Positions 62,369 to 64,000 of a DNA stretch of 64,000 bases are shown piece after piece. The notes beneath the pieces are model-generated. The model was given only the letters and a program-made list of their open reading frames with translations, was not told the origin of the DNA and made no database searches. Position 1 is the stretch's first letter, and each line of letters opens with the position of its first letter. The DNA is from an uncultured Candidatus Actinomarina sp. (GTDB lineage: Bacteria > Actinomycetota > Acidimicrobiia > Actinomarinales > Actinomarinaceae): the NCBI GenBank assembly GCA_902619825.1, contig CACNFT010000001.1, forward strand, positions 265,534-329,533, given 5' to 3'. The position numbers and the translations under genes are program-made.

Positions 62369-62510
62369 CCGATGTAATCAAATTCTTTTGAGGGAATAAT
62401 TGATATTTTTGATGGCAGAAAGCCGTTTCCTAAAAATAGAAAAATCCAATCAGTCCTCCCCTATGATTTATTTTGTTGTTACTAATAATGGTAAACTATG
62501 TTTTGAAATC

Positions 62511-64000
62511 ATGAAGGATAATTTTTTTGTTATATTAGGAAATCAATTATTTGATCCAAAATATCTAAAAGACCAAGGCTGTAATGAAGTTTTTATGGCT
62601 GAAGATTATGGTCTATGCACATATGTTAATCATCATAAATTAAAAATTTACCTGTTCTTAACTGCAATGAGGGAATATCGAGATGAACTAAATAAAAAAG
62701 AAATAAAAGTAAATTATTTTGATCTTGAAAGTAGAAAGGACAAAAAAGACTACTTCGACTTACTGATTAGTTTTTTGAAAAAAAGAAAAATTGATAAAAT
62801 CCAAATTTTTGAACTGGAAGACAAGCCTTTTGAGAAGAAGTTCCTAAAAAGAATGATTGAAAATTCAATTGATGTGGTAGTAATTAAATCCCCAATGTTT
62901 ATTTTTGAAAGAGAAAAGTTTAATGAGATGGCAAAAGGAAAAAAAGTTTACAGAATGGCATCTTTTTACCAAAAAGCGAGAAGGGACTTAAATATTCTGA
63001 TGGATAAAAATGATCAACCAGTTGGAGATAAATGGTCATTTGATGAAGAAAACCGAAAAAAGATTCCAAAAGATACATTAATACCCTCATTACCAAGTTT
63101 TAAAGACTCTATACATAAAGACGACGTAATTAAAGTAATCAGTAAATATTTTCATAATCATCCTGGAGAATTAACAAACTTATGGTTTCCAGTATGTAGA
63201 AAAGATGCAAAAAAACAACTTGATGAATTCATAAAAAATCGTTTTTTAAATTTTGGAATTTACGAGGATGCAATGTTGGAAGGTGAAAATTTTCTTTTTC
63301 ATAGCTGTATAAGCTCACTTCTAAATATTGGCCTTTTGACACCTTCTTATGTTATTGAGAGATCAATCAAACTTGCAGATAAATATAATGTTCCAATAAA
63401 TTCTCTCGAAGGGTTTATAAGACAAATAATAGGATGGAGAGAATTTATTAGAGGGATTTATCAAGAAGAAGGCGAATATCAAATCAAGCAGAACTATTGG
63501 AACCATAAGAATAAATTAACTGACGCCTGGTATGAAGGTGAAACTGGAATTATTCCTTTAGATGATGCAATTAAAACGACAATAAGGGATGGTTATGTCC
63601 ATCATATTCCACGCTTGATGGTGATAAGTAATATTATGAATCTTTGTGAAATACATCCTGATGAAATATACAAATGGTTTATGGAGATGTATATTGATTC
63701 TTCAGATTGGGTAATGGTTCCCAATGTTTATGGCATGGCAACTTATGCAGATGGTGGTTTGATGTCAACAAAGCCATATACCTGTGGATCAAACTACATA
63801 CTAAAAATGAGTAATTATAAAAAAGGTGATTGGTGTGATACCTTAGATGGACTGTACTGGAGATTTACAGAAAAGAACAGGGATTTTTACGAATCAAATC
63901 CTAGACTTTCATTGCTTACTAGGTCTTTAGATAAGATGGACCCTCAAAGAAAGAAGAAGATCTTTGGAGATGCAGAAAAATTTATTAAGTCTCATACAAA
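62511..64000 (+). CDS. Cryptochrome/photolyase-family protein of the FeS-BCP (PhrB/CryB-like, COG3046) type, partial (runs past window end)
   Basis: Manually translated frame (ATG at 62511; not in the ORF track because no stop falls in the window) is open for ~497 codons: MKDNFFVILGNQLFDP...HHKLKIYLFLTAMREYRDEL...GWREFIRGIY...PYTCGSNYILKMSNY...DWCD..., matching the N-terminal and C-terminal hallmarks of PhrB-like (6-4) photolyases. Confidence 0.65.
   Translation, partial: MKDNFFVILGNQLFDPKYLKDQGCNEVFMAEDYGLCTYVNHHKLKIYLFLTAMREYRDELNKKEIKVNYFDLESRKDKKDYFDLLISFLKKRKIDKIQIFELEDKPFEKKFLKRMIENSIDVVVIKSPMFIFEREKFNEMAKGKKVYRMASFYQKARRDLNILMDKNDQPVGDKWSFDEENRKKIPKDTLIPSLPSFKDSIHKDDVIKVISKYFHNHPGELTNLWFPVCRKDAKKQLDEFIKNRFLNFGIYEDAMLEGENFLFHSCISSLLNIGLLTPSYVIERSIKLADKYNVPINSLEGFIRQIIGWREFIRGIYQEEGEYQIKQNYWNHKNKLTDAWYEGETGIIPLDDAIKTTIRDGYVHHIPRLMVISNIMNLCEIHPDEIYKWFMEMYIDSSDWVMVPNVYGMATYADGGLMSTKPYTCGSNYILKMSNYKKGDWCDTLDGLYWRFTEKNRDFYESNPRLSLLTRSLDKMDPQRKKKIFGDAEKFIKSHT

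Noticed and set aside
1-64000. Search for CRISPR arrays, transposases, integrases, phage genes, toxin-antitoxin pairs or tRNA-adjacent genomic islands
   Set aside because: No direct-repeat arrays, no recombinase or transposase-like ORFs, no long repeats were seen. Both tRNA-Thr genes are flanked directly by housekeeping genes, with no spare DNA for an island.

Overview
The window is a densely packed, low-GC (about 32-33%) chromosomal core segment whose gene order matches conserved actinobacterial blocks point for point. The matching blocks are nuoA-N with an upstream geranylgeranyl reductase, carD-ispF-cysS-rlmB with disA, clpC-lysS-coaX-panC-folK-folB-folP-folE-ftsH-hpt-tilS, and tmk-holB-topA. 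Intergenic spacers are very short (largest about 150 bp), which suggests a streamlined marine or freshwater actinobacterium such as Candidatus Actinomarinales; this taxon call is inference. The complete respiratory complex I operon (nuoA to nuoL, plus the 5' part of nuoM running off the left edge) fills the first 11.8 kb on the minus strand. The rest of the window carries a rex gene plus a perfect Rex operator in front of nuoA, a five-gene Liv-type branched-chain amino-acid ABC transporter, and a BMP/nucleoside-type ABC transporter. It also has two tRNA-Thr genes (anticodons TGT and CGT), metK, two MFS transporters, an H+-pyrophosphatase, a cation/H+ antiporter, leuCD, ald, and the first ~497 codons of a PhrB/FeS-BCP-type photolyase running off the right edge. 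I found no CRISPR array, no transposase or integrase, no phage genes and no recognisable defence or toxin system. The candidates for something new are a few uncharacterised genes sitting inside otherwise invariant operons. The main ones are a phosphatase-like ORF inside the folate operon, a CvpA-CAP fusion membrane protein with a small acidic partner, a Zn-ribbon/TM/extracytoplasmic-domain protein divergent from disA, and a TM protein riding on the liv operon. There are also missing operon members (ispD, panD, lsr2) and a few clear cis elements. At some anchor codons my nucleotide indexing disagreed by 1 nt with the ORF track, so coordinates of small non-CDS features may be off by 1-2 nt.
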